DNA of 64,000 bases from Dehalococcoidia bacterium. Lineage in GTDB: Bacteria; Chloroflexota; Dehalococcoidia; UBA2979. Below are positions 54,948 through 64,000 of this stretch, one piece after another. Each line of letters opens with the position of its first letter. Position 1 is the first letter of the stretch. The translations under genes and the position numbers were made by a program. A model generated the notes under the pieces. The model was not told where the DNA came from and ran no database searches. It saw only the letters and a program-made list of their open reading frames with translations. The stretch covers positions 222,691 through 286,690 of the forward strand of contig JBFWOO010000003.1 in the NCBI GenBank assembly GCA_050250415.1. The letters run 5' to 3'.

Positions 54948-55783
54948 CCGGGACCGCTCCCGCGAAGCGTCCCCCCGCCGGCGGCGTCGTGCCATGGCTC
55001 GGGATCGCCATCCCCGGCCGCCAGTTCATCGCGGTCTGGCAGCGCGACCGCGACGTCTTCTTCCGGCTCTGGAAGGCGGAGGTGCTCGCGCCCACCATCG
55101 AGCCGATCGTGACGCTGCTCGGCCTCGGGCTGGGCCTTGGCGCGTACGTCGAGCTCGGCGGCGACCGCGACTACGTGGAGTTCCTCGCGCCAGGGATGCT
55201 GATGGTGTTCCCCATGTTCGGCGCGATGTTCGAGGCGCTCTTCGGCTCCTACTTCCGCATGGACCAGCACGGCACCTACACGGCGATCCAGGCCACCCCG
55301 GTGCGTCCCGAGGAGATCGTGCTCGGCGACATCGCCTGGGCGGCCTCGAGGATGGCGCTCAACACCGGCCTCGTGCTGCTGATGCTGCTCGTCCTGACAC
55401 CGTGGCTCGGCTTCATCGATTCGCCGCTCGTCATCTTCACCCTGCCGGTCTCGCTGCTCTGTGGGCTGCTCATCTCCGGCGTCTCCATCGCCTTCACCAG
55501 CATCGCCCGATCGATCAGTCAGCTCTCCTACTTCTTCTCGATCTACGTCCTCCCAATGTTCTGGCTGAGTGGCGCGTTCTTCCCGACCGAGGACCTCCCG
55601 CGCTGGGCGGACGTCGCCGCCAACCTCTTCCCGCTCTTCCACGCCGTCGCGCTCTCGCGGGCGCTCACCACCGGCGACCTGGAGTGGGGCCTGCTGTGGA
55701 ACGTGGCGTTCCTCCTCGCCGGCCTGCTCCCGTCACTCTGGATCGGCATCTGGGCGATGCGCCGCCGCATCATCCGCGGCTAG
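54944..55783 (+). CDS. ABC-2 family transporter permease
   Basis: 6-TM permease. ATGA overlap with the ATPase gene. Confidence 0.8.
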   Translation: MTGTAPAKRPPAGGVVPWLGIAIPGRQFIAVWQRDRDVFFRLWKAEVLAPTIEPIVTLLGLGLGLGAYVELGGDRDYVEFLAPGMLMVFPMFGAMFEALFGSYFRMDQHGTYTAIQATPVRPEEIVLGDIAWAASRMALNTGLVLLMLLVLTPWLGFIDSPLVIFTLPVSLLCGLLISGVSIAFTSIARSISQLSYFFSIYVLPMFWLSGAFFPTEDLPRWADVAANLFPLFHAVALSRALTTGDLEWGLLWNVAFLLAGLLPSLWIGIWAMRRRIIRG

Positions 55784-55810
55784 CTGCCCCATCACCGAAC
55801 GGGAGGATCG

Positions 55811-56674
55811 ATGACCACCGGTACCCCCGACCCCTCGCTCGCCGGCCGCCTCGAGGCCGTGCTCGTGGCCGCCGAGGCACGCTGGCAGCGCCACGTCGAC
55901 TTGCTCGACTGGCAGCCGGGCTACCGCATCCGCGGGCCCGAGGACCCGTTCCTCCCGGCGCAGGAGTACGCCCACCACGGCCACTGGCTGGAGCTCGCGC
56001 TCGCGCGGTTGCGCGCCCGCCTCGACGGCGCCGAGCCGCCCGCTCGCATCGCCGACTTCGACGCGCAGAATGCCGCGTGGGCGGCCGAGGACGCCGCACG
56101 CACCCACGAAGAGGCGAAGGCGTACGCCACCGCAATGCGCGACGCCTACCTCGAGGCTGCCCGGGAGCCCGCCCGCGCGGACGAGCGCATCCTCGCCGGC
56201 CTCGAGTTCATGCTCGTGGGCCACCTCGACCAGCACTTCGCCTACATGCTGAACGGCATGCTCGAGCACGAGTCGATGCAGTGGGAGCGCATCACCGCCG
56301 CGCTCGACGCGCGCTCACGCGGGCGGCTCCACCGCGGCGAGGATGGCGTGAGCTGGGACGCCACCGCGATCTACGCCCACCTCCATCGCTGGATGTGGAT
56401 CCAGTTCCCCCGCATCGAGGCGTTCCTCCAGTCCGGCGAGGTGCCCGAGCTCGAAGCGACGACCGATGAGCTGAACGCGCGCTGGTTCGCCGAGGACGCC
56501 ACCCTCCGGTTCGAGAACGCCCGACGCCACGCCTTCCGCAGCCGCGACCGCTTCACCCGCACCGTGCGGGAGGTCCCGATCGAGAAGTGGAACACGCGCC
56601 TCGTGGGCCTCTTCGTCGGCAACTCCGCCGGGCACTACCAGGAGCACCTCGCCTGGATCGCCCGCGACGCCTAA
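55811..56674 (+). CDS. Hypothetical protein (His/Trp-rich, possible internal duplication)
   Basis: 287-aa ORF with high GC3. HHGHWLELALARL and AIYAHLHRWMWIQFP segments. No family assigned. Confidence 0.5.
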   Translation: MTTGTPDPSLAGRLEAVLVAAEARWQRHVDLLDWQPGYRIRGPEDPFLPAQEYAHHGHWLELALARLRARLDGAEPPARIADFDAQNAAWAAEDAARTHEEAKAYATAMRDAYLEAAREPARADERILAGLEFMLVGHLDQHFAYMLNGMLEHESMQWERITAALDARSRGRLHRGEDGVSWDATAIYAHLHRWMWIQFPRIEAFLQSGEVPELEATTDELNARWFAEDATLRFENARRHAFRSRDRFTRTVREVPIEKWNTRLVGLFVGNSAGHYQEHLAWIARDA

Positions 56675-56820
56675 GGCGCTGGTCTGCGGTCCGAACCGTC
56701 CCGCGACGCTTCTGCTGACCATCACAGACGTGAGCCGCGCCGCCGGATACCGTGTCGATCCGGGCCTCCCCAGCGCACGGCCCGCATCGATCCGCTCGGG
56801 TCGTCCGGAGTCGTCACCCC

Positions 56821-57228
56821 ATGGCCCTGCGTCAGATGCTGCTCGGCAAGATCCACCGCGTCACGATCACCCAGGCGGATCTCGACTACGTCGGGAGCCT
56901 CACCGTCGACGCCGGACTGCTGCGCGCCGCCGGCATCCTCCCCTACGAGCTTGTCCTCGTCGTCAACCTCGCGAACGGAGCGCGCCTCGAGACCTACGCG
57001 ATCGAGGGCGAAGCGGGGTCGGGCGTGGTCTGCGCGAACGGCGCCGCCGCGCACCATTTCCAGCCCGGCGACCTCGCGATCATCATGGCGTTCCAGTACC
57101 TCGAGGCCGCCGAGGCCGGCGCCGTCCGTCCGAGCGTTGTGTTCGTCGACGCGCACAACCGCATCACCGGCACCGCGGACGCCATCGCGCCCGGCCCGGT
57201 CGACGCGCAGCCGCTCGCATCGACGTAA
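56821..57228 (+). CDS. panD: Aspartate 1-decarboxylase
   Basis: MALRQMLLGKIHRVTITQADLDYVGSLTVD...NGARLETYAIEGEAGSGVVCANGAAAHHFQPGDLAII..., including the pyruvoyl-forming G-S site (VGSL). Confidence 0.85.
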   Translation: MALRQMLLGKIHRVTITQADLDYVGSLTVDAGLLRAAGILPYELVLVVNLANGARLETYAIEGEAGSGVVCANGAAAHHFQPGDLAIIMAFQYLEAAEAGAVRPSVVFVDAHNRITGTADAIAPGPVDAQPLAST

Positions 57229-57244
57229 GGCCCGCCCGGGGCGA

Positions 57245-58504
57245 CTAGGGGTAGATGCCCCGCAGCTCCGTCGCCTCCACCACGCGCTCAATGCCGATCC
57301 AGTTCGCCGCGTCGCGCAGCGTCGACCCGTCGCGGGACGCCATCTGTCGCGCGGCGATCGTCTGGTAGCCGGCGGTGATGAGCCGGCGCAGCTCCTCGTT
57401 CACGCGTTCCTCGCTCCAGCGCACGTACTGGCGGGCCTGCACCCACTCGAAGTAGGAGACGGTCACGCCCCCGGCGTTGGCGATGATGTCCGGGACCACC
57501 GTGATCCCGCGCTCCTTGAAGATCGCGTCCGCCGCCTGCGTCGTCGGCCCGTTCGCCCCCTCGAGGACGATCGAGGCCTTCACCCGCCCTGCGTTCTCCT
57601 CCGTGAGCACGTGCTCGATTGCGGCGGGGACGATCACGTCGACCTCCGCCGTGAGCACCTCGTCCAGCGGCACCGGCGCGCAGCGCCCGTGCTCCTCGTT
57701 CCACTGGGTGAGCGACCCGCCCTGCGCGACGTAGTTCGCTGCCGACGCCGCATCGACGCCGGTGGGCACGTGCAGCGCGATGTCCTTGTCCGAGATGTGC
57801 GTGACGATCGCGCCCTCCATCTGCAGGAGCTTCGCCACCACCGAGCCGACGTTCCCGAAGCCCTGCACCGCGACCTTGCGCCCGCGGATGCCGCCGGCAT
57901 CCCGCAGATGGTCCTGCAGCACATACAGCAGCCCTCGGCCCGTCGCCTCCTGGCGGCCGGCGGAGCCACCGAGGGCGACTGGCTTCCCGGTCACCACGCC
58001 CGGCACGGTGTAGCCGCGGGACATCGAGTACGTGTCCATGATCCACGCCATCACCTGGGCGTTCGTCCCCATGTCCGGCGCGGGGATGTCCGAGTCCGGT
58101 CCGATGATCGGTTCGAGCTCGCTCGTGAAGCGGCGGGTGAGGTTCTCCAGCTCGTTCCGGCTCATCGCGGCGGGGTCGACGATCACGCCGCCCTTCGCGC
58201 CGCCGAAGGGGACGTTCACGACGGCGCACTTCCACGTCATCAGCATTGCCAGCGCCTTCACCTCGTCGAGGCTGACCATCGGCGCGTAGCGGATGCCGCC
58301 CTTCGCCGGGCCGCGCGCCACGTTGTGGTGCACCCGGTACCCCTCGAAGATGTCGAACGAGCCGTCGTCCCGTTCCACCGGGAACTGCGTCTGGACGATC
58401 CGCTTGAACGCGGTCATCGTCTCCCGGTGGTCCTCCTTGAGGCCGATCTGGTCCGCCGCGCTGTGGAACTGCGACAGCACCGTGTCGAGCATCGATTGGG
58501 TCAT
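57245..58504 (-). CDS. gdhA: Glutamate dehydrogenase (Glu/Leu/Phe/Val dehydrogenase family)
   Basis: ...GPAKGGIRYAP..., VNVPFGGAKGGV, GFGNVGS Rossmann motif. Start at MTQSMLD (58504). Confidence 0.85.
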   Translation of the reverse strand: MTQSMLDTVLSQFHSAADQIGLKEDHRETMTAFKRIVQTQFPVERDDGSFDIFEGYRVHHNVARGPAKGGIRYAPMVSLDEVKALAMLMTWKCAVVNVPFGGAKGGVIVDPAAMSRNELENLTRRFTSELEPIIGPDSDIPAPDMGTNAQVMAWIMDTYSMSRGYTVPGVVTGKPVALGGSAGRQEATGRGLLYVLQDHLRDAGGIRGRKVAVQGFGNVGSVVAKLLQMEGAIVTHISDKDIALHVPTGVDAASAANYVAQGGSLTQWNEEHGRCAPVPLDEVLTAEVDVIVPAAIEHVLTEENAGRVKASIVLEGANGPTTQAADAIFKERGITVVPDIIANAGGVTVSYFEWVQARQYVRWSEERVNEELRRLITAGYQTIAARQMASRDGSTLRDAANWIGIERVVEATELRGIYP

Positions 58505-58819
58505 GGACGCCCTCATCCCGTGACGCCCGAGGCGCATCGATGCCGGATGCATCGACGCCGGGCGTCGCCCTCCATCCTACGGCCCGCGCTCCGGGCGGGC
58601 AGGGGAGGTCCTCCGGCCGCAGCGCTCGGGCGGCCCGTGAACGCGCTGGGGTCCGGAACTCGGGGCCTCAACTGGCATCCCTGGACGGGCCGCGGAACTG
58701 GCGGCGAGTCGTCAGAGATACGGGAGAATCCGCAGATGTGAGGTCCGACACGGGTGCTATGCTCTGTGCGGCGAAACGTGCGCTGATTCGCGCTCCGCGC
58801 GAGACCGGTAAGTCACTCA

Positions 58820-59140
58820 GTGATCCTCCTTGGATACGCGTCGATGGTCGGACTGGGGCTCCTGCCCCTGGCGGCGCTTGCCCGCGCGTTCGGCGTCGCC
58901 GAGGAGCACACGTTCCTCCTGCCGACTCAGTACGCGCTCATTGTCGGGCTCGTCATCGGCGTCGCCGTCTGCGGCATCATCGGCCGCTCCGTCGGCCTCC
59001 TTGGCGCCCAGGACATCGGCACCTACGCTCACCGCCACCGCGTCGAGTCCGGCGAAGCCGCGACGGCCGCGCGTCGTACCCGTCCCTCGCGCAGCCGCAT
59101 CCGCTCCACGGCCGCCGCGCCCTTCGTCCGCTTCTCCTAG
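58820..59140 (+). CDS. Small membrane protein (2 TM) with Arg/Ser-rich tail
   Basis: GTG start; LLPLAALARAFG and ALIVGLVIGVAVCGIIG hydrophobic segments. Confidence 0.4.
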   Translation: MILLGYASMVGLGLLPLAALARAFGVAEEHTFLLPTQYALIVGLVIGVAVCGIIGRSVGLLGAQDIGTYAHRHRVESGEAATAARRTRPSRSRIRSTAAAPFVRFS

Positions 59141-59212
59141 CCGAGGCGGATCCTCGCCCACACCCGAAGCCACGGTCGCGCCCACAGGCGGGCGTCTGCC
59201 TACACTCACCAC

Positions 59213-59899
59213 GTGACCGTCACCACCGAACGCATCACCGCGATCATCGTCGCCGCTGGCTCCTCGACGCGGATGGGGACCGACAAGATCTGGGCGATGC
59301 TCGGCAGTGCGCCCGTCCTCGTCCACTCCATCGCCGCCCTCGCCAACACCCCCGGCATCACCGACATCGTGGTCGTCGCGCCGATCGAGAAGCACGCCGC
59401 GATCGATTTGCTCCCGAGCCCGGTGCCCATCGCGACTGTCGCCGGCGGCGCCCGCCGACAGGACTCCGTCGCCGCCGGCCTCCGCGCCGCGCCGGATGCG
59501 GCCTGGTACCTCGTCCACGACGGTGCGAGGCCGCTCGTCACACCTGCGCTCGCCGCGCGCGTGCTCGACGCCGCCGGCTCCCACGGCGCCGCGATCCCCG
59601 TCGTGCCGGTCGTGGACACGATCAAGCGCGTCGATGGCGCTGGGCGCGTCCGCGAGACTCTGGACCGCTCCGAGCTGCGCGCCGTCCAGACGCCCCAGGC
59701 GTTCCGTGGCGATCTCCTCCGCCGCGTCCACCTTGAGCTGGACGCGGACGTGACCGACGACGCCGCGCTCCTCGAGGCCCTCGGCATCCCCGTCGCGACC
59801 GTCGAGGGCGACCACGAGAACCTGAAGATCACCACCCCTTCCGACCTCGCCATCGCGCAGGCGCTCCTTGCCCTACGCTCGGGGTCGGGCGGGACGTAA
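59213..59899 (+). CDS. ispD: 2-C-methyl-D-erythritol 4-phosphate cytidylyltransferase
   Basis: ...ITAIIVAAGSSTRMGTDK..., ...VHDGARPLV..., ...QTPQAFR...; GTG start. Confidence 0.85.
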   Translation: MTVTTERITAIIVAAGSSTRMGTDKIWAMLGSAPVLVHSIAALANTPGITDIVVVAPIEKHAAIDLLPSPVPIATVAGGARRQDSVAAGLRAAPDAAWYLVHDGARPLVTPALAARVLDAAGSHGAAIPVVPVVDTIKRVDGAGRVRETLDRSELRAVQTPQAFRGDLLRRVHLELDADVTDDAALLEALGIPVATVEGDHENLKITTPSDLAIAQALLALRSGSGGT

Positions 59900-59928
59900 G
59901 CGGACTCTGGACTGGCGAGGAGCCTGCC

Positions 59929-60408
59929 ATGCGTGTCGGGATCGGCTACGACATCCACCGCTTTCGCGCCGACGGTGACGGCGCGCTCAGGCTCGGCGGC
60001 ATCGAGATCAAGGAAGCGCCCTGCCTGGACGGCCACTCGGACGGTGACGCGCTCATCCACGCCATCATCGACGCGCTCCTCGGCGCGGCCGGCGAGGGCG
60101 ACATCGGAAAGCACTTCCCGCCCGGCGATCCCTCCACGAAAGGCATCGACAGCCGCGAGCTGCTGAAGCGCGTGCACCGGCTGATCTCGGCCCGGGGGTA
60201 CGAGGTGAACAACCTCGACGCGACGGTCGTCGCGGAGCGCCCCCGGCTCTCCCCCTACATCGAGAAGATGCGCGAGTCGATCGCGATCATCCTCGGCGTC
60301 TCCATCAGTGCGGTCTCCGTGAAGGCCACGACGAACGAGGGCATGGGCGACATCGGCGCGGGCCAGGCGATCGCCGTGACGGCGGTGGGGTTGCTCGAGG
60401 AGTCGTAG
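59929..60408 (+). CDS. ispF: 2-C-methyl-D-erythritol 2,4-cyclodiphosphate synthase
   Basis: MRVGIGYDIHRF...GHSDGDALIHAIIDALLGA...; a separate gene, not fused to ispD. Confidence 0.9.
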   Translation: MRVGIGYDIHRFRADGDGALRLGGIEIKEAPCLDGHSDGDALIHAIIDALLGAAGEGDIGKHFPPGDPSTKGIDSRELLKRVHRLISARGYEVNNLDATVVAERPRLSPYIEKMRESIAIILGVSISAVSVKATTNEGMGDIGAGQAIAVTAVGLLEES

Positions 60409-60441
60409 GCAGTCCCGCGGATCGGCGGAGGGCCAATCACC

Positions 60442-60531
60442 AAGGCCCAGTCGCTGGAAGCCCAGTCGCTGTAAGCCCAGTCGCTGTAAGCCCGGTCGCT
60501 GTAAGCCCAGTCGCTGGAGACCCGGTCGCTG
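60442..60531. repeat. Six tandem copies of a 15-bp unit ((G/T)AAGCCC(A/G)GTCGCTG) between convergent ispF and HDOD genes
   Basis: Direct inspection. Minus-strand reading gives TGLTA pentapeptide repeats in a spurious ORF. Confidence 0.9.
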
Positions 60532-60537
60532 GACGGC

Positions 60538-61377
60538 CTACGCCGCCGGCCGCTGCCGCCCCTGCGTGGAGTCGCGGAACCAGCGGATGTTGCCCATCAG
60601 GTCCGCGCGGCCGCCGAGGCGTTCCAGCAGCGGGTGCTCCTCCGCTTCGCGCCGGCGGCGCTCCGGGCGGTGCACGCCGTCCCCGATCCCCATGTTCCGG
60701 ACGATCCACCGCGCCACCACGAGCTGACGCGCGGGGTCGTCGGATCCCTGGGGCACCTCGTCATCGGGCAGATCGATCTCGTGGTGAGATCCCACCAGCT
60801 CGCCGATCTCGGTCGGCAGCCGCCAGCGGTCGCAGATCCGCTGGCCGAACTCCTCGTGCGTGATGCCGAACGCCAGCCGCTCCGCGTCCTGCGCCGAGGC
60901 GCCGTTCTGCGCGGCGTTCACCACCTCCAGGTAGCGCGTCGGCGCCTGCGCGGCCATCGCCAGGCGCCCGATGTCGTGGAGCAGACCCACGGTGAACGCC
61001 TGCCGCCCGGCGACCGCGTCGCGGGCCTGCGCCTCGTTCAGCAGCGCGCACCCCAGCACGTGCCGCCAGTACTCATCGGCGTCCACCCCGGCCGCCTCGA
61101 TCGTCGCGAACTGCGAACGCACCACCGTCGCGGTGATCAGGTGCCGTACCGCGGAGGTGCCGAGCCGCACGACGCCCTCAGCGGCGTCCCGGATCGGGCG
61201 CACGGGCCAGGACATCGCGGAGTTCGCCGCGCGTAGCACCGCCGCCGTCAGCGCGGGGTCGCCCTCGATGACGGACAGGTACGCCTCCATGCTCGCGTCG
61301 GGGTTCATCAGGACGAGCAGCGCCCGCTCGCGCGGGGCGGGCAGCAGCGGCAGCTCGGGCGGAAGCGGCAGAGTCAC
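60538..61377 (-). CDS. HDOD domain-containing protein (HD-related output domain, signalling)
   Basis: ...EAYLSVIEGDPALTAAVLRAANSAMS..., ...VGLLHDIGRLAMA..., typical of HDOD. Confidence 0.65.
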   Translation of the reverse strand: MTLPLPPELPLLPAPRERALLVLMNPDASMEAYLSVIEGDPALTAAVLRAANSAMSWPVRPIRDAAEGVVRLGTSAVRHLITATVVRSQFATIEAAGVDADEYWRHVLGCALLNEAQARDAVAGRQAFTVGLLHDIGRLAMAAQAPTRYLEVVNAAQNGASAQDAERLAFGITHEEFGQRICDRWRLPTEIGELVGSHHEIDLPDDEVPQGSDDPARQLVVARWIVRNMGIGDGVHRPERRRREAEEHPLLERLGGRADLMGNIRWFRDSTQGRQRPAA

Positions 61378-61569
61378 GCGGCACGTCCTCCCGGCGTCGC
61401 GCGGCGACGCCTCCCGGTGTTCCCGCGAGACGCATGCGATGACCCGCCGGCGTCTGACGAGAGTGCAACGTGAGTATCGGCAGCTCCGTCAGAAAACTTG
61501 AACAGATTCGCGACGGATGATCGTCTCCGTATCGAGTGCTTCACACGCACGCCTCGGTACGCTTCTCCC

Positions 61570-62334
61570 ATGCCTGGTACGCCGTTCACGCGTCCCGACT
61601 ACGCATCCCTCGATCTGCCCGATCCGCCGGGGGACCGCCCCTACGTGCTCATGAACATGGTGATGTCGGCTGACGGGAAGATCGTCATCGAAGGTTCCGA
61701 GGCCGGCCTCGGGTCGCCCTCGGATCAGCGCCTGATGCGCGCCCTCCGCGCGAACGTGGACGCCGTCCTCAACGGCGCGGCCACGCTCCGCCAGAGCGGC
61801 GCCAGCCCCGAGCTGGACGACCCCGCCCTCGAGGCGGCACGCCTTGCACGGGGCTTCACCCGGACGCCGCTGGGCGTCGTCCTCACCCGCTCCGGCGACC
61901 TTCCGCTCGACTCGGCGTTCTTCGCGTCGGACGCCTTCGAGGCCGTCGTCTTCGCGACGGACGCCATGCCGCTCGAGCAGCTCGCTGCGCTCCGCGCCTC
62001 CCCGCGGCCGGTCGGCGTCGTGCCGGACTCAGACGCCGTCCGCTCCATGCTGGAGGCGCTCAGGCGCGACTTTGGCGTCCGCTGGCTGCTCTGCGAGGGC
62101 GGCGGCCACATCAACGGCTACCTCTTCGACGCCGGCCTCGTCGACGAGTGCTTCCTCACCGTCGCGCCGCGGATCGTGGGCGGCAACGTTGAACTCACGC
62201 CCGTCGCCGCCGGACGCCCCGCCTCATTCGCCGAGACCTGGCCGCTGCGGCTCGTCTCAGCCGTCCCGAACCCCGCCACCAGCGAGGTCTACCTCCGCTA
62301 CCGGGTCGCCTCGGAGCGTGGCGTGCGGCCGTAG
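61570..62334 (+). CDS. RibD C-terminal domain / dihydrofolate-reductase-like family protein
   Basis: ...YVLMNMVMSADGKI..., ...RALRANVDAVLNGAATL..., ...LLCEGGGHINGYLFDAGLVDECFLTVAPRIVGG... Confidence 0.7.
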   Translation: MPGTPFTRPDYASLDLPDPPGDRPYVLMNMVMSADGKIVIEGSEAGLGSPSDQRLMRALRANVDAVLNGAATLRQSGASPELDDPALEAARLARGFTRTPLGVVLTRSGDLPLDSAFFASDAFEAVVFATDAMPLEQLAALRASPRPVGVVPDSDAVRSMLEALRRDFGVRWLLCEGGGHINGYLFDAGLVDECFLTVAPRIVGGNVELTPVAAGRPASFAETWPLRLVSAVPNPATSEVYLRYRVASERGVRP

Positions 62335-62344
62335 GCAGGCCAGT

Positions 62345-62451
62345 CTCCCCAGGCAGCGAGAGGCCGCCCTGCGACGGCCTCCCCAGGCAGCGAGAGGCCG
62401 CCCTGCGACGGCCTCCCCAGGCAGAGAGGCCGCCTTGCGGCGGCCTCCCCG
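62345..62451. repeat. Three tandem ~35-bp units, each containing a 7-bp-stem hairpin, between convergent genes
   Basis: Unit CTCCCCAGGCAGCGAGAGGCCGCCCTGCGACGGC x2 perfect plus a third copy with a 2-bp deletion. Each has GAGGCCG...CGGCCTC complementary arms. Confidence 0.85.
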
Positions 62452-62481
62452 GTCTGCTCGAGCTACGGGCGGGCGACCGTC

Positions 62482-63996
62482 TTACGAGCCGATGACCCCA
62501 CCGTTGTCCTTGGTGATGACGATCAGCGACGGCAGCGGCGGCCAGGTGTTGTCCGGCCACAGCGTCTCCGGGTCGTCCGGTCCCTCGCTGTTCTCACCAG
62601 GGTGCTGGATGTTCAGGAACACCGCGCGGTTGTCGTCCGTGAAGTACGGACCGCACACCTCGGCCCCCGACGGGCAGCTGTAGAACTGCTGCAGCTTGCC
62701 CCGGTCCGGCCCGGCGGTCGGCACCGCGAACAGCGCGTCGTTCGCGCCCACCGGCGAGTTCTTCATGCCGTCCGTCGCGATCCAGAGGTTCCCGGTCTTG
62801 TCGAACGCGATGTTGTCCGGCGCGCCGATGCCGCTCACCTGCGACTTGTCGAACCCGGCGAAGTACGTGTCCGGGTCGTCCGGGCGACCGCAGAGCATGA
62901 ACATCTCCCAGGTGAACTCGGTCGCGGCCGCGTCGCCGCGGTCCTCGGAGAGCTCGATGATGTGGCCGGACGCGTTGTCCGGACGCGGGTTCGGGCCGTC
63001 CACCTGCTCCGCCGTGCGGCGGGTGTTGTTCGTGCAGGTGATGTACACGCGGTGGTTGCGTGGGTTCACCTCCACGTCCTCCGGGCGGTCCATCGGCGTC
63101 GCGCCCGCGGCGTCAGCGGCGCCGCGCGTGTTCAGGAGGATGTCCTCCATCGTCCAGTTCCGCAGGCTGCCGTTCGTCGGGGCGAGCTTGATCCAGGTGC
63201 CCGTGCCGTCGTCGCGGAAGCGGGCCACGTACAGGTCGCCCTCGTCCAGCAGATCGCGGGCGGCCTCGCGGTCGCTCGGGTCCCAGGCGTTCCGCGTCAC
63301 GAACTTGTACTGGTAGTCGAACCGCTCGTCGTCACCGGAGTAGAACGCGACACGGCCGTCGTTGCAGATGGCGTAGTTCGCACCCTCGTGCTTGAACCGG
63401 CCCATCGCCGTGCGCTTGCGCGGCGTCCAGTCCGGATCCCACGGGTCGATCTCCACGATGTAGCCGAAGCGGTTGATCTCGTTCGGCTCCTTCGAGAGGT
63501 CGAAGCGGTCGTGGTGCTTCTCCCAGGAGCGGCCGGAGGCGCCGCCGGGGATGCCGTAGCGCTTGTTCACCGCCTGCATCGTGGCGTCCGGGTTCGCGTC
63601 GTTGTTCGCGAAGTACTGGTTCCAGTTCTCCTCGCCGGAGAGGACCGTGCCCCACGGTGTGGGGCCGCCGGCGCAGTTGTTCAGCATCCCGACGACCGTC
63701 GTACCTTCCGGGTCGGCGGAGGTCTTCAGCAGGTCGTGGCCGCGGAGCGGGCCGCTCAGCTCGTATACCGTCGAGAGCGCGTCGTAGCGCTTGTTGTACG
63801 GCGAGTCGAGGACGACGTTCCATTCCTTGCCGGTCTTGAGCAGCTCCACGAGGGTGCCGCCGTGCGCCGCCAGCTCGATGTCCACCTGCGCCCGCGTCGG
63901 GTTCGCCGCGTCGTAGGAGGAGAACATCCGGTTCCCCTCCGTGTACTCGTGGTTCACGAACAGCAGGCCGCGGGTATCGCGGGCCGGGCTGCTCAT
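62482..63996 (-). CDS. phoX: PhoX-family phosphatase (DUF839 beta-propeller); probably 5'-partial, N-terminus beyond window end
   Basis: ...GPTPWGTVLSGEENW..., ...NRFGYIVEIDPWDP..., ...RPEDVEVNP..., ...APDNIAFDKTGNLWIATDG.... Reading frame stays open to the window edge and no signal peptide is seen. Confidence 0.7.
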   Translation of the reverse strand: MSSPARDTRGLLFVNHEYTEGNRMFSSYDAANPTRAQVDIELAAHGGTLVELLKTGKEWNVVLDSPYNKRYDALSTVYELSGPLRGHDLLKTSADPEGTTVVGMLNNCAGGPTPWGTVLSGEENWNQYFANNDANPDATMQAVNKRYGIPGGASGRSWEKHHDRFDLSKEPNEINRFGYIVEIDPWDPDWTPRKRTAMGRFKHEGANYAICNDGRVAFYSGDDERFDYQYKFVTRNAWDPSDREAARDLLDEGDLYVARFRDDGTGTWIKLAPTNGSLRNWTMEDILLNTRGAADAAGATPMDRPEDVEVNPRNHRVYITCTNNTRRTAEQVDGPNPRPDNASGHIIELSEDRGDAAATEFTWEMFMLCGRPDDPDTYFAGFDKSQVSGIGAPDNIAFDKTGNLWIATDGMKNSPVGANDALFAVPTAGPDRGKLQQFYSCPSGAEVCGPYFTDDNRAVFLNIQHPGENSEGPDDPETLWPDNTWPPLPSLIVITKDNGGVIGS

Positions 63997-64000
63997 GCTG

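Noticed and set aside
60437-60709. 90-aa ORF encoding TGLTA pentapeptide repeats
   Set aside because: It is produced by the 15-bp tandem repeat read on the minus strand and overlaps the 3' end of the HDOD gene in another frame. There is no RBS or start context.

Overview
This 64 kb window is about 72% GC and reads as chromosomal bacterial DNA. It is gene-dense, with about 55 protein-coding genes and no rRNA, tRNA, CRISPR array, transposase or integrase that I can recognise. The gene content suggests an Actinomycetota-like organism, but that is an inference and the lineage stays uncertain. Supporting that guess are F420-dependent LLM and DUF385 enzymes, a DinB_2 protein, crotonyl-CoA carboxylase/reductase, and leaderless transcripts. 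The main items follow. (1) A rpoB-rpoC operon lies outside the usual rplKAJL / rpsLG-fusA context, and rpoC carries a ~180-aa coiled-coil insertion. (2) Acyl-CoA metabolism is heavily represented: three family-III CoA-transferases (one with a permuted domain order), a crotonase, two acyl-CoA dehydrogenases, ccr, and a fused AccD-AccA carboxyltransferase. (3) An ABC importer-like pair has no adjacent substrate-binding protein and an ATPase whose catalytic motifs are all degenerate. (4) There are several perfect short tandem repeat arrays, with units of 13, 14, 15 and 35 bp, the last carrying hairpins. They sit between convergent genes and at gene 5' ends. (5) Housekeeping genes are panD, a glutamate dehydrogenase gene, ispD, ispF, purU, an isocitrate dehydrogenase gene (icd), pepN and two DEAD-box helicases. 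(6) Regulator and efflux modules include ArsR-SRPBCC-MFS, an ABC-2 exporter, and a winged-HTH regulator divergent from icd. Many very long ORFs in the supplied track are high-GC read-through artefacts, and gene starts were re-assigned from internal ATG/GTG codons and RBS context.
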